Source: an uncultured delta proteobacterium
GTDB taxonomy: Bacteria > Desulfobacterota > RBG-13-43-22
NCBI GenBank assembly: GCA_963790475.1
Contig: CAWBOS010000012.1
Span: forward strand, 480,001-544,000
DNA: 64,000 nt
Direction: 5' to 3'
Positions 34,501 through 43,420 of this stretch are shown here, piece after piece. The notes below the pieces were generated by a model that saw only the letters and a program-made list of their open reading frames with translations, was not told where the DNA came from and did no database searches. Numbering within the stretch: the stretch's first letter is position 1; the number at the start of each line of letters is the position of its first letter. A program made the position numbers and the translations under genes.

Positions 34501-35127
34501 CGGGGACGAGACATCCGGAAATGGAAAACCGAGTGGGCAGGGTTGTATGTTATTTTTACCCGTCATGGAATCGAAATTGAAAAATACCCGGCTATTAAGG
34601 AATATTTGCTCCAGTTTAAAAAAGACCTGCAACCAAAAAGATCAGATAACCAAAAAAGTGGACGTAAGCCAGGGCCATATAGGTGGTTTGAGATTCAGGA
34701 CAATATTGCTTATTACAAAGAATTTGATCGACCTAAAATCATCTACCCGGATATTACCCAAAGTCCAAAATTCGCTTGGGACAAAAGTAAGGCATTCCTC
34801 GGCAACACAGTTTATTTTATTCCAACGGATGAGGTTTGGCTCATTGGCCTTCTAAATTCAAATCTTATCTGGTGGTATTATCAAAACATAAGTTCCACTA
34901 TCCGTGGCGGGTTCGTCCGGTTCTTTGCGCAGTATATGGAAACTCTTCCAATTCCGTCGGTGACAAATAGTGAAAAAGCCCCGATAATCAAGCTCGTCCA
35001 GATCATCCTGGCCGATCCCGACAGCCCCTCTGTCCCCCAACTCGAAACCGAAATTAACCACCTCGTCTATGGCCTTTATTCCCTCACTCGGGAGGAAATC
35101 GAGATTATCGAAGGTAACGGAAGATAA
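31567..35127 (+). CDS. Type IIG/Eco57I-like N6-adenine DNA methyltransferase with C-terminal TRD (1186 aa)
   Basis: FLNGGLF, LGKVFE, GTYYTP, DPAVGSGAF, GVDID, NPPY; start overlaps helicase stop, GGAG RBS. Confidence 0.92.
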   Translation: MDNPAARKLIRDTFQNPFDRGRYSYFIKNIFNRLDTSKNFINRGNYIPDAFKPYVHTLERIGKYEDPEGKKIDILIVHLKKQTSLEQARTRQRNFIAWYLNGSRGGVLKDAALVAFYTDNPDDWRFSLIKMDYRLTEIKSGKVRARQELTPARRFSFIVGLNENSHTAQTSLVKFLEDDCPHPTLNALEEAFSIEKVTKEFFEKYRSLFLELKEALENIVSRHEVVKKDFDSKGVDITNFAKKTLGQIVFLYFLQKKGWFGVARDNPWGTGPKNFLRLLFDGRKYGNFFNDILEPLFYEALARERDQDYYSRFDCKIPFLNGGLFDPLNDYDWVHADIMLPDELFSNDCKTKEGDTGTGILDVFDRYNFTVKEDEPLEREVAVDPEMLGKVFENLLEVKDRRSKGTYYTPREIVHYMCQESLINYLASELIGSYSDIFLRKEDIETFIRFGELTNENDARVEEKGKETKRYSYRLPESIRTRAALIDKKLAEIKVCDPAVGSGAFLVGMMNEIVKARQILTTYLGESKKRTPYHFKRHAIQNSLFGVDIDPGAVEIAKLRLWLSLIVDEEDIKQIRPLPKLDYKIMQGNSLLEEYEGIKLFNEKLIMDKPSDDSEQIKAELKRKQTDLQKEYFQLDAPSKLTKVKKQQLKVELEDIASRLKKLEKQEGRKEEDIPLFASEAKKIAEELKYLHKELFEASQKSRKEEIKNQIEAMEWELIEATLKEQGKTSSLKDLEQYKKNNTRPFFLWKLHFAEVFQEKAGFDVVIANPPYIRHEGIKSIKPQLAKAFGEFYCGTADIYTYFYKCGVDLLRTDGHLCFFSPNKFMRAGYGKNIRTFLTTKVTPKTIIDFGDLPIFDATTYPAILLVGKKRAGSEKAFAATFTEPSQLERVEETLDQIGFPISISSLKENGWNLESQEVQALMEKLRGVGVSLGKYVKGRFYYGIKTGLNEAFVIDDITRRRLIAGDPKSTELIKPWLRGRDIRKWKTEWAGLYVIFTRHGIEIEKYPAIKEYLLQFKKDLQPKRSDNQKSGRKPGPYRWFEIQDNIAYYKEFDRPKIIYPDITQSPKFAWDKSKAFLGNTVYFIPTDEVWLIGLLNSNLIWWYYQNISSTIRGGFVRFFAQYMETLPIPSVTNSEKAPIIKLVQIILADPDSPSVPQLETEINHLVYGLYSLTREEIEIIEGNGR

Positions 35128-35158
35128 AAAACTTTCTGGGGAAGGAATGTGCTGGTAG

Positions 35159-35368
35159 TTATTTCTGAAGATTCTTGAAGGTTCTTCTAAGAATAGCTAA
35201 GGCGTTCATTCTGGCGGCAGTTTTGAAATAATGATGGCCTTCGGAACCTCTAATGTTTGATTCCCACTTAGCAGGTTTTCGGCAATAAACCAAGATGTCA
35301 TCACCTTGAATGGCATCCCCCGGTTCCCTATAAATTTTACTTGCATATTTAGAAATATCTTCAACCAA
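35159..35368 (-). CDS. Small hypothetical protein coupled to the upstream wHTH gene
   Basis: TTG start overlapping the stop of 35361-35660; no recognisable motif. Confidence 0.3.
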   Translation of the reverse strand: MVEDISKYASKIYREPGDAIQGDDILVYCRKPAKWESNIRGSEGHHYFKTAARMNALAILRRTFKNLQK

Positions 35369-35660
35369 TTTTGCCCTCTTCAAGAAGCTCATTACAAGCT
35401 TGAACGACCATTTTGGGGTCAATTTTCAACTCTTCTATCAGCGTTTCATAGCCGATTTCTTTTCCATCATTTTTAAGAAAATATTGCGCTATTTCCTCTT
35501 TCACTTGGGGATATGAAATATCTCTTAATTCTATATAAGTGGCCGGGGATTTTTCTGATTCAAGCTCGGCAATCCTCTGTTCCAGCCGGGTAACTCTTTG
35601 TTTTAATAGTTCGAGATCTTCCCAGTAATCTGTCGTGGCTGGTTTTGCGTTCAGTTCCAT
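35361..35660 (-). CDS. Coiled-coil plus winged-helix-like protein
   Basis: LELLKQRVTRLEQRIAELE then EIGYETLIEELKIDPKMVVQACNELLEEGKI. Confidence 0.6.
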   Translation of the reverse strand: MELNAKPATTDYWEDLELLKQRVTRLEQRIAELESEKSPATYIELRDISYPQVKEEIAQYFLKNDGKEIGYETLIEELKIDPKMVVQACNELLEEGKIG

Positions 35661-35782
35661 TATTTCACTCTTTGGGTTTCTGGATGGATGTAGGAATAAG
35701 GCCGAAAGTCCCATTGATTGGAAAATTTTTCATTTAATATGCTGAAAATTATTAGAATTGTCAAGAAAAATGATTTATCTGA

Positions 35783-36307
35783 TTGCCTGATTACGACCTC
35801 TCTGACCCGGCCCGGGTTGTCGTCATCATTCGCGGGAAGGTGATAAACGAACAGTATACCCGGCTGCTGATGGAGAGAACAGACCTTGACCTCTGGGCTG
35901 TGATCCTGTTAGACAAAGTGCAAAAAGGAATCCGAATCGAGCACGAGGCCCATCAACGGTTAAAAAAACTCGGTCTGGTGGAAGGAAGATATCCGAATCT
36001 TTATATCAGCGCTAAGCTGGCAGCAGTTACTCAACAAAAAGCCAAACATATTTTACATCAAGGCCTTGGCCGGCAATATTATAAGGATTTGATACTAAAA
36101 TTGATTGATCAATATCAAGTTGTTTCGAGAGAAGACGTCAATCAGTTATTAGTAGATAAGCTGCCAGAAGGACTCTCGACCCCGCAAAAAGATAGTATGG
36201 TCCATAATCTCTTAACCGATTTGAGGGGCAAGGGAATTATAGAAAATACCGGGAGTAAACGTGCCCCTAAATGGAGCAGAAAAGGTGTTAGTTGGAAAGG
36301 AAAATAA
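35783..36307 (+). pseudogene. C-terminal fragment of an AlbA_2/HATPase_c_4/wHTH-type regulator
   Basis: PDYDLSD...LLDKVQKG...LVEGRYPNLYIS...LLVDKLP; N-terminal domains absent, TTG start without RBS. Confidence 0.65.
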
Positions 36308-36493
36308 AGAATAAAATTGGACTTATTTAAACAATAAAATCGCCGGTCGTGTTTATAACTAATTAAAATTAATTAAAATAATTATTGTTTAAACAAAAAT
36401 AGAAAATATTTGCGAGCAGAAGAAGCCTACAACCGAATCGCTTCATTGGATATTTTTCTTGACCAGAAATCTCGAGATGAACACGTCCTGCCG

Positions 36494-37108
36494 CTATTGG
36501 ATGGTTTGCGGCAGTTTAAGGAGAGGGCCGAGCTGTGATTGGCCTACCATTGCGGCAAGCTGAATGGCCTTCTGCCCATTTTTAGCAATCTGTTGTTTTA
36601 TCGGTCGGGGCGTATAGAAGCATCCAATGCTCCCTGTCTCCGGGGTAAATCCCCAGAGACCTATGCGCAATTTACGAAAGAGGTCAATTCGTTGTTCCGC
36701 CAATTTTATTTTTTGGCTTGGTAGGACGAGGATTGAAGCATTGGAGACATATTTATAGCGATGGGCCTGCATTAGGCCTTTGCGCCAGTTTGATAGCTTG
36801 AATTCGAAAGCCCGCACAGTTGGAGTAAGCTTTTCCAGTTCAAAAAAGGAGGAAACCTTTTCATTCTGGCCGTTGGATCAACTGAGGACAAGTAAGTCAG
36901 GGATACCATTGCCAAATACTGGTACCTCGCGAATGAAAAGGGTTCTGCACTTATTGGTACCGTAGTGAATTTTTGTAAACCTATCCCGATAGGCCAAAGC
37001 AAATTGTTCTGCAAACTCAGCTTCCGCGGTTTTCCTGGGATCTATTGGAGAAAAATTTTTTTGTGGATTATGAGAAGGGTGCTCAAAGATACCCAGATTA
37101 TCGACCAT
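36494..37108 (-). pseudogene. PD-(D/E)xK nuclease-like gene with in-frame TGA at 36878-36880
   Basis: REVPVFGNGIPDLLVLS*...AFEFKLSNWRKGLMQAHRY, both ORFs in one frame; GGAGG RBS. Confidence 0.7.
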
Positions 37109-37624
37109 TTGACATTCGCCTCCTCAATTGGTGACAAGGGAATTAACTATACCATTGGCAACTGAAATCTCTTAGGAGGAATCGAGGTTAAGATTTTGAA
37201 CCTTCAATGAGGCGGCAGACTAAAGCAAATTCCCGGGGCGGTCCTTTGATCTCGAAAAAATCAGGATGGATTTCAATTTATAACTTTGCCAATCACCATT
37301 CCGAAGCCTCAAGGGTTCCCAGTTCGACGTTGAGTAAGCCTCCCAGTTCTGTCGTCTGCGTCTGAATACCGGTCAGGAAGAAGGTTGGTCAAGATTCATC
37401 ACTCCGGCAGAGGGACTATTTTTTTCGTCCTACCCTAAAAAATAATTGAATTCATTTGAATTTGTCTTTATTATTATGCGGAAATACCGTTCGGCGTTAA
37501 AAGTGTTCGGCGTTCAACTGAACGTAAGTGCATAATATCTCATCCTCGAAGTAGGGAATCAATTTTTAATACGGATTGATTGAAGAATATCAGTAGATCA
37601 ATCGTCCGAAAGAAGGAGAATTCA

Positions 37625-39292
37625 ATGCGAAGTGATGTCATGAAAAAAGGAATTGAAAAAAGTCCCCACCGGTCGTTGTTTAAGGCCATGGGTTATACCG
37701 ATGAAGAAATCGCCCGCCCCCTGATCGGGATCGTCAACTCAGCCAATGAAATTATCCCCGGCCATATCCATTTGAACCAGATCGCTCAGGCCGTAAAGGC
37801 CGGGGTCCGCATGAGCGGCGGAACCCCTATGGAGTTTTGCACTATCGGGGTTTGCGACGGGATTGCCATGAATCATGAAGGGATGAAATATTCACTGGCC
37901 AGCCGGGAACTGATCGCCGATTCGGTGGAGGTTATGGCCCGGGCCCATCCCTTTGATGCCCTGGTCATGATCCCCAACTGCGATAAGATCGTTCCCGGCA
38001 TGCTCATGGCCATGCTGCGCTTGAATATCCCGGCCATCATGGTCAGCGGCGGCCCCATGCTCACCGGCCGGTGGCGGAAGAAAGATGTCCACCTGATCAC
38101 GGTCTTTGAAGGGGTCGGGGAGGTCAAATCGGGAACGATGAAGGCCCGGGATCTTTTGGAACTGGAAGATGTCGCCTGTCCGGGATGCGGTTCCTGCGCC
38201 GGGATGTTTACAGCCAACTCGATGAATTGCCTGACCGAAGCCATCGGTCTGGGACTTCCCGGAAACGGAACCATCCCGGCCGTCTCGGCGGCTCGGATTC
38301 GTTTGGCCAAGCAGGCCGGCATGAAGGTCATGGAACTGTTGAAAAAAAATATCCGGCCCCGGGCCATTGCCACCATGGCCGCTTTCCGCAACGCCATTGC
38401 CGTGGATATGGCCCTGGGCTGTTCGACCAATACGGTACTCCACGTGCCGGCCATAGCCCATGAAGCTCGGTTGGAACTGCCCCTGGATCTGTTTAACAAA
38501 ATCAGCAGGCGGACGCCCCATTTATGCAGTCTGATCCCCGGAGGTCCCAACAGTTTGCAGGAATTGGATGAAGCCGGAGGGATTCCGGCGGTCATGGCCG
38601 AGTTGATCAATATCAAGGCTATCGATCTGAAGGTCATGACGGTAACCGGTTCCCTGTTGGAAAAAAATCTAAAAGGGATAAAAGTCCTGGATCGGGAAGT
38701 CATCAGACCCTTTACCAACCCCTATCATGCTGAAGGCGGAATCGCCATCCTTTATGGGAATCTGGCCCCGGAAGGGGCGGTGGTCAAACAATCGGCCGTG
38801 GCCCCGGAGATGATGACCCACAGCGGCCCGGCCCGGGTTTTTAATTCCGAGCAGGAGGCCCAAAAGGCCATTCTCGGCAAAAAAATCAAAAAGGGAGACG
38901 TGGTGGTTATCCGCTACGAAGGCCCCAAGGGCGGACCGGGTATGCAGGAAATGCTCTCTCCTACCTCGGCCATAATCGGCATGGGATTAGGCAAGGATGT
39001 GGCCTTGATCACCGACGGGAGGTTTAGCGGCGGATCTCAAGGGGCGGCCATCGGGCATGTCTCTCCGGAAGCAGCGGCCGGGGGACCTATCGGCCTGATC
39101 AAAGAAGGCGACCGGATTGAAATCGATATTCCGAAAAAGAAGTTGACCCTCCTGGTTTCCAAAGAAGAGCTGAGCAAAAGACGAAAGGGTTGGAAGCCGC
39201 TTCCACCCAAGATCCAGTCCGGATACGCCTATCGTTATTCCCAGATGGTTACCTCCGGGAGCACCGGAGCGATTTTGAAGGATAGGCTTTAA
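37625..39292 (+). CDS. ilvD: Dihydroxy-acid dehydratase
   Basis: [44 protein letters not shown]. Confidence 0.97.
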   Translation: MRSDVMKKGIEKSPHRSLFKAMGYTDEEIARPLIGIVNSANEIIPGHIHLNQIAQAVKAGVRMSGGTPMEFCTIGVCDGIAMNHEGMKYSLASRELIADSVEVMARAHPFDALVMIPNCDKIVPGMLMAMLRLNIPAIMVSGGPMLTGRWRKKDVHLITVFEGVGEVKSGTMKARDLLELEDVACPGCGSCAGMFTANSMNCLTEAIGLGLPGNGTIPAVSAARIRLAKQAGMKVMELLKKNIRPRAIATMAAFRNAIAVDMALGCSTNTVLHVPAIAHEARLELPLDLFNKISRRTPHLCSLIPGGPNSLQELDEAGGIPAVMAELINIKAIDLKVMTVTGSLLEKNLKGIKVLDREVIRPFTNPYHAEGGIAILYGNLAPEGAVVKQSAVAPEMMTHSGPARVFNSEQEAQKAILGKKIKKGDVVVIRYEGPKGGPGMQEMLSPTSAIIGMGLGKDVALITDGRFSGGSQGAAIGHVSPEAAAGGPIGLIKEGDRIEIDIPKKKLTLLVSKEELSKRRKGWKPLPPKIQSGYAYRYSQMVTSGSTGAILKDRL

Positions 39293-39426
39293 AGGTAATA
39301 AACTTTCTCAAATCAGTGAGGGAATCAAGGGAAGAAAAGAAACGGGGACATGAAGAAGGGGAAGCGCGGGGATCCAGGAAAAAAAGCAGGAGGGATTCCG
39401 CAATCAGAAATTGAAGGAGGTGTTTC

Positions 39427-40439
39427 ATGTTTGAGGCCCGCTTGTACCAAAAAAAGGAAGACCAGAAGGTCTGGTGCTATTTATGCAGTCATCGTTGTTT
39501 GATCAAAGACGGCAAACGAGGGATCTGCGGGGTTCGGGAGAATCAAGGCGGGACCCTCTACTCCTTAGTCTATGGAAAGCCCATTGCCGCTCATGTGGAT
39601 CCCATTGAAAAAAAACCTCTCTTTCATTTCTTACCCGGTTCCACCTCTTTTTCCATAGCCACCGCCGGATGTAATTTCCGCTGCCTCTTTTGCCAGAACG
39701 CCGATATTTCTCAAGCCGGGAAAATGAAAAGTATTCCCGGGCAAGAGACGGCCCCGGAAGAAATCGTCTCTGCTGCCCTTACAGCGCCCAGTGCCGGTCC
39801 ATTTCCTATACCTATACGGAACCGACCATCTTTTTTGAATATGCCCAGGACATCTCCCTCCTGGCTGAGCCCCAGGGGTTAAAAAATGTCTTCGTTACCA
39901 ATGGCTATATGACCCAGGAGATGCTTGATTCCATCCATCCTCATCTTCACGCTGCCAATGTCGACTTGAAGGCCTTTCGCGATAATTTTTATAAGACCCA
40001 ATGCGGGGCCAAATTGACCCCGGTTTTAGACACGCTGAAAAAAATGAAAAAATTGGGGATCTGGGTTGAGGTAACCACCCTGATCATTCCCACGCTTAAC
40101 GATTCCAAAGAAGAATTAAGCGAATTGGCCAGGTTCATTGCCGATGATCTGGGAGCGGAGACCCCCTGGCATATCAGTCGATTTCATCCCACCTACGAGC
40201 TTACCCACTTACCATCAACACCGGTCAAAACATTGCGGCAAGCCTGGGAAACCGGTAAGGAAGCGGGTTTGCGTTATGTCTACACGGGTAATGTTCCCGG
40301 AGACGCCGGAGAAAAAACCACCTGCCATCATTGCGGACAACTGCTCATTGATCGTTTCGGATTTTCCATTTTGAAAAATTTTCTGCAGCAAGGGAAATGT
40401 CCTCGCTGCCAGACTCCGATGGATGGTTTCGGTTTATAA
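39427..40439 (+). CDS. AmmeMemoRadiSam-type radical SAM enzyme, frameshift at ~39780
   Basis: DPIEKKPLFHF, GCNFRCLFCQN; second frame SYTYTEPT, VTNGY, WHISRFHP. Confidence 0.85.
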
Positions 40440-40524
40440 AAAAAAAGAAGAGCGAGAATCGCAGGAAGAAAAGAATGGGGATTAAAAAAAAATTAATTTT
40501 TTTTAAAATAAATGTATTTTTTTC

Positions 40525-40577
40525 TTGACATACTATATATAGTAGAATAAAATTTTCCAAAATACTATATATAGGAA
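40525..40577 (+). promoter_or_regulatory. Sigma70 promoter with two NrdR-box-like operators
   Basis: TTGACA (40525)-17 nt-TAAAAT (40548); ATACTATATATAGTAG at 40530 and ATACTATATATAGGAA at 40562. Confidence 0.7.
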
Positions 40578-40590
40578 AGGAGGAACTATC

Positions 40591-40794
40591 ATGGCAGCAA
40601 CCAAAAAAGCAAAGGCTCCTGCAAAAAAGACTGTGAAAGCCGCCCCCAAGAAGGCCGCTAAAACAGCCAAGAGCCCAAGCAAAAAGGCAACAGCCAAGAA
40701 GGCCCCGGCTAAAAAAGCCCCGGCCAAAAAGGCTGCTGCCCCAAGCCCCGGCAAAAAGGCCCCGGCCAAAAAAGCCCCGGCCAAAAAGAAATAA
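40591..40794 (+). CDS. Histone-H1-like Lys/Ala/Pro-rich basic protein (67 aa)
   Basis: Repeated KKAPA units, no acidic residues, strong AGGAGG RBS, own promoter. Confidence 0.85.
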   Translation: MAATKKAKAPAKKTVKAAPKKAAKTAKSPSKKATAKKAPAKKAPAKKAAAPSPGKKAPAKKAPAKKK

Positions 40795-40846
40795 CCTTCT
40801 GGTTGTTGTGCTGTTGGGTAGTTAAATTTTTTCTTAACCTCTTTAA

Positions 40847-40903
40847 GGGAAGGATGGAATTTCTTCCTATAGAAGGAATTCCGATGTACCTTCCTTTTTT
40901 TAT
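40847..40903. terminator. Probable terminator hairpin between convergent genes
   Basis: GGAATTTCTTC-CTATA-GAAGGAATTCC with outer GGAAGG/CCTTCC pairing and a T run. Confidence 0.45.
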
Positions 40904-42996
40904 TTTGTAGAGGGGCTTTTTTCGATTCGACAGGGAAAAGCACGCAGATTGGGGGTTCCCATCGCCGGATCGAAGGGTTCCCCGGCCGTCAGGATATTCA
41001 AATTGGACCTGTCCCAGTCAAAAAGGGACTCCACCTTTTCCTCAGGAAACCACCAGCCATAATCCAAGAAAACAACCCGCGGGTCCAAACTTTCGGACAG
41101 GTGAACTTTTTGTTCTATCCGCCCCTTAGGGGTTATAATGCGGGCCCAATCTCCTTCGGTCAGACCAATAATCTTAGCCGCCGCCGGATGGATTTCCAGA
41201 ATAGGGTCCGGATGCTTTTTCCTAAGCGCCGAAATCTGCCGATAGGATGAATGAAAAAAATGGAAATTTTTTCTACTGGTAGCCAGCAACGGATATTCCA
41301 AAGAAACGAGGGGAAGTTGCGAAAAAGCCGGCAGCGGATCAAATCCCCAGCGTTTAAGCCGTTCTGAAAAAAGCTCCACTTTCTTGGACGGCGTCTTGAA
41401 TCCATTGACTTCATATTTTTTATAATCCGATTTCCCTTTGAGGATCCCCAGTTTCTTAAACCGGGAATAATTCATTCCTGCCGGGGCCAATACCTCATCC
41501 AGGGCCTCATGATAGTCCTCCCAAAAATGATCTCCATGCCCCAAGGCCTTGCCCAACTCGCTCAGGATCTTTATGTCCGGCCAGCTTTCTCCCGGAGGAT
41601 CGACAATCTTCGTACGGGATGAAATCCAGCCCTGGGCCAAACCATAATGTCCGATGTCATCGAACTCAAAACCGGTGGCCGCCGGCAGGACGATATCGGC
41701 CAGGGCGGCCGTAGGGGTCATGAATATTTCCGAAACCACCAGAAGGTCGAGCCGCATCAAAGCCTCGTAGGTTCGCCGGGCATCGCAGTTGGTGATCAAG
41801 GGATTGGTGGACTGGGCCACCATGGCCCGGACCGGGTAAGGCTGTTGGGTCAGGATGGCCTGAACGACTGTAGGTTGGGGCACGATCATAAAATTGGGGA
41901 TCAGATTGAAGGCCCGGCTCAGCATCTTTTGGGCCTTGTCCGGCAACAGATCCGCTTTGACAAAATCAGCCAGCCGGGCCACCGGCGGCATGGAAGGCAG
42001 GATATTGCCACCCGGTATATCCAGGTTGCCGGTTATGGCCATCAAGCAAATCAATGCCCGGCAGGTCTGCAGGCTGTTGACCGTATGCTCGATGGCATTG
42101 CCCCATTGGATGACGGCCGGTTTAGAGGTGGCGTAAGTCCAGGCCGTCAGGGTGATCTCCTCCGGGGTCAGCCAGGTGAGTTCGGCCACCCGTTCCGGCG
42201 TAAAGGTCTCCACCTGTTCTTTCAATTCCTGAAAACCCACGGTCCATTGATCCACGAACTCGCGGTCAAACAATCCTTCCCGGATGATAATATGGATCAA
42301 ACCCAGGGCCAGGGCGATGTCGCTTCCAGGTTTTAGTTGCAGATGACTTTGGGCAATGGAAGCCAGATGGGTCTTCCGGGGATCAACGACGATCAGGTCG
42401 GCCCCTTTTTTTATGGACTCCGTCAGGCGTAGAGCAATAATCCCTTCTTCATTACTCTTAAGAAGATTGCTGCCCCAATTCAGAATAAGACAGGTTGGGA
42501 CTTCATAATCCGGGACCGGGAAAAAACCGCAGGTGACCTGCCCGGCGATTTCCCGGGGCATGTGACAGACATGCTGCGGGCCGCAGACATTGGGAGACCC
42601 GAAGACATTGGCCAGACGGATCAGGACAAAATGCTCCAATCCTTTAGGAGCCCCTTGGGCAAAGACCACGGCCTGAGGTCCTTGTTCCCGACGGATGCGG
42701 TTCAGATTTTCAGCGATAAAATGAAGGGCCTCAGTCCAGGATATCGGTTTCCATTGGCCTCCACCACGGGCCCGCTGTCGGAGCAACGGCCGGGTCAGAC
42801 GATCGGGGTGGACCGTTCGCTCGAAAGAAGCCAAACCCTTGGGACAGATATACCCATGGCTGACAGAACATTGGGGATCCCCTTTGATCGTTTTGATCCG
42901 GCCCTCCTGGACTTCGATCAAGAGACCGCACCCCCCAGGATCCATTCGTGAGCAGTGGGTCTTGAAGATTTGGGTTTTGGTGTTTTCGCGGGGCAT
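40900..42996 (-). CDS. Bis-MGD Mo/W oxidoreductase (acetylene-hydratase-like subfamily)
   Basis: ICPKG, HPDRLTRPL, VVDPR, FMTPTAALADIVLPA, HSSYR; no Tat signal seen. Confidence 0.88.
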   Translation of the reverse strand: MPRENTKTQIFKTHCSRMDPGGCGLLIEVQEGRIKTIKGDPQCSVSHGYICPKGLASFERTVHPDRLTRPLLRQRARGGGQWKPISWTEALHFIAENLNRIRREQGPQAVVFAQGAPKGLEHFVLIRLANVFGSPNVCGPQHVCHMPREIAGQVTCGFFPVPDYEVPTCLILNWGSNLLKSNEEGIIALRLTESIKKGADLIVVDPRKTHLASIAQSHLQLKPGSDIALALGLIHIIIREGLFDREFVDQWTVGFQELKEQVETFTPERVAELTWLTPEEITLTAWTYATSKPAVIQWGNAIEHTVNSLQTCRALICLMAITGNLDIPGGNILPSMPPVARLADFVKADLLPDKAQKMLSRAFNLIPNFMIVPQPTVVQAILTQQPYPVRAMVAQSTNPLITNCDARRTYEALMRLDLLVVSEIFMTPTAALADIVLPAATGFEFDDIGHYGLAQGWISSRTKIVDPPGESWPDIKILSELGKALGHGDHFWEDYHEALDEVLAPAGMNYSRFKKLGILKGKSDYKKYEVNGFKTPSKKVELFSERLKRWGFDPLPAFSQLPLVSLEYPLLATSRKNFHFFHSSYRQISALRKKHPDPILEIHPAAAKIIGLTEGDWARIITPKGRIEQKVHLSESLDPRVVFLDYGWWFPEEKVESLFDWDRSNLNILTAGEPFDPAMGTPNLRAFPCRIEKSPSTK

Positions 42997-43114
42997 AGGT
43001 TTTCCTTTATCGGTGAATTGAATCCTACCTATTAGAACGTTTTCACAAAAAGGAGTCAAGCCGTTTTTAGACGCTGTTCCAACCCAACAACCGGACATTA
43101 AATAGTTATCCTTG

Positions 43115-43133
43115 ACAATGAGAGTTTCATTGT
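43115..43133. promoter_or_regulatory. Palindromic operator candidate in a divergent promoter region
   Basis: ACAATGA-5 nt-TCATTGT overlapping TTGACA at 43112. Confidence 0.35.
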
Positions 43134-43271
43134 AATAGCGTTCGAAGTTAAGGTTCACAAAAACAGCCGACCCTTATTTGATCATAAATGAACTTTCACT
43201 ATCGAAAATAACCCTAAACTTTTCCCGTTCTACAGGATCGGGATCGAGGGAGCAGGAATAAGGAGGACTGC

Positions 43272-43403
43272 ATGGACAATTGGACTTTTGGACTCAGTAT
43301 GCTTATTGTCGGTATGGGCGGAACCTTGTTGACCTTAACAATTATGAGCGCGCTGATGGGTGTTTTAAAAAAACTTTTTCCAATCAAAAAAGGGGAAGAA
43401 TAG
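43272..43403 (+). CDS. OadG/gamma-subunit-like single-TM protein (43 aa; not in ORF track)
   Basis: MDNWTFGLSMLIVGMGGTLLTLTIMSALMGVLKKLFPIKKGEE with AAGGAGG RBS directly before the beta subunit. Confidence 0.8.
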   Translation: MDNWTFGLSMLIVGMGGTLLTLTIMSALMGVLKKLFPIKKGEE

Positions 43404-43420
43404 GAAAGGAGAAACAAATC

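Noticed and set aside
36878-36880. Second selenocysteine codon
   Set aside because: No redox motif or clear SECIS; nonsense mutation is simpler
37150-37440. Decayed coding-like stretch on the minus strand
   Set aside because: Multiple stops and no family I can identify
40533-40943. 136-aa hydrophobic minus-strand ORF (FLAGA repeats)
   Set aside because: Antisense reading of the Lys/Ala-rich gene, which has the promoter and RBS
43280-43420. N-terminal extension of the decarboxylase beta subunit
   Set aside because: The region encodes the OadG-like peptide in another frame; ATG 43421 has its own RBS
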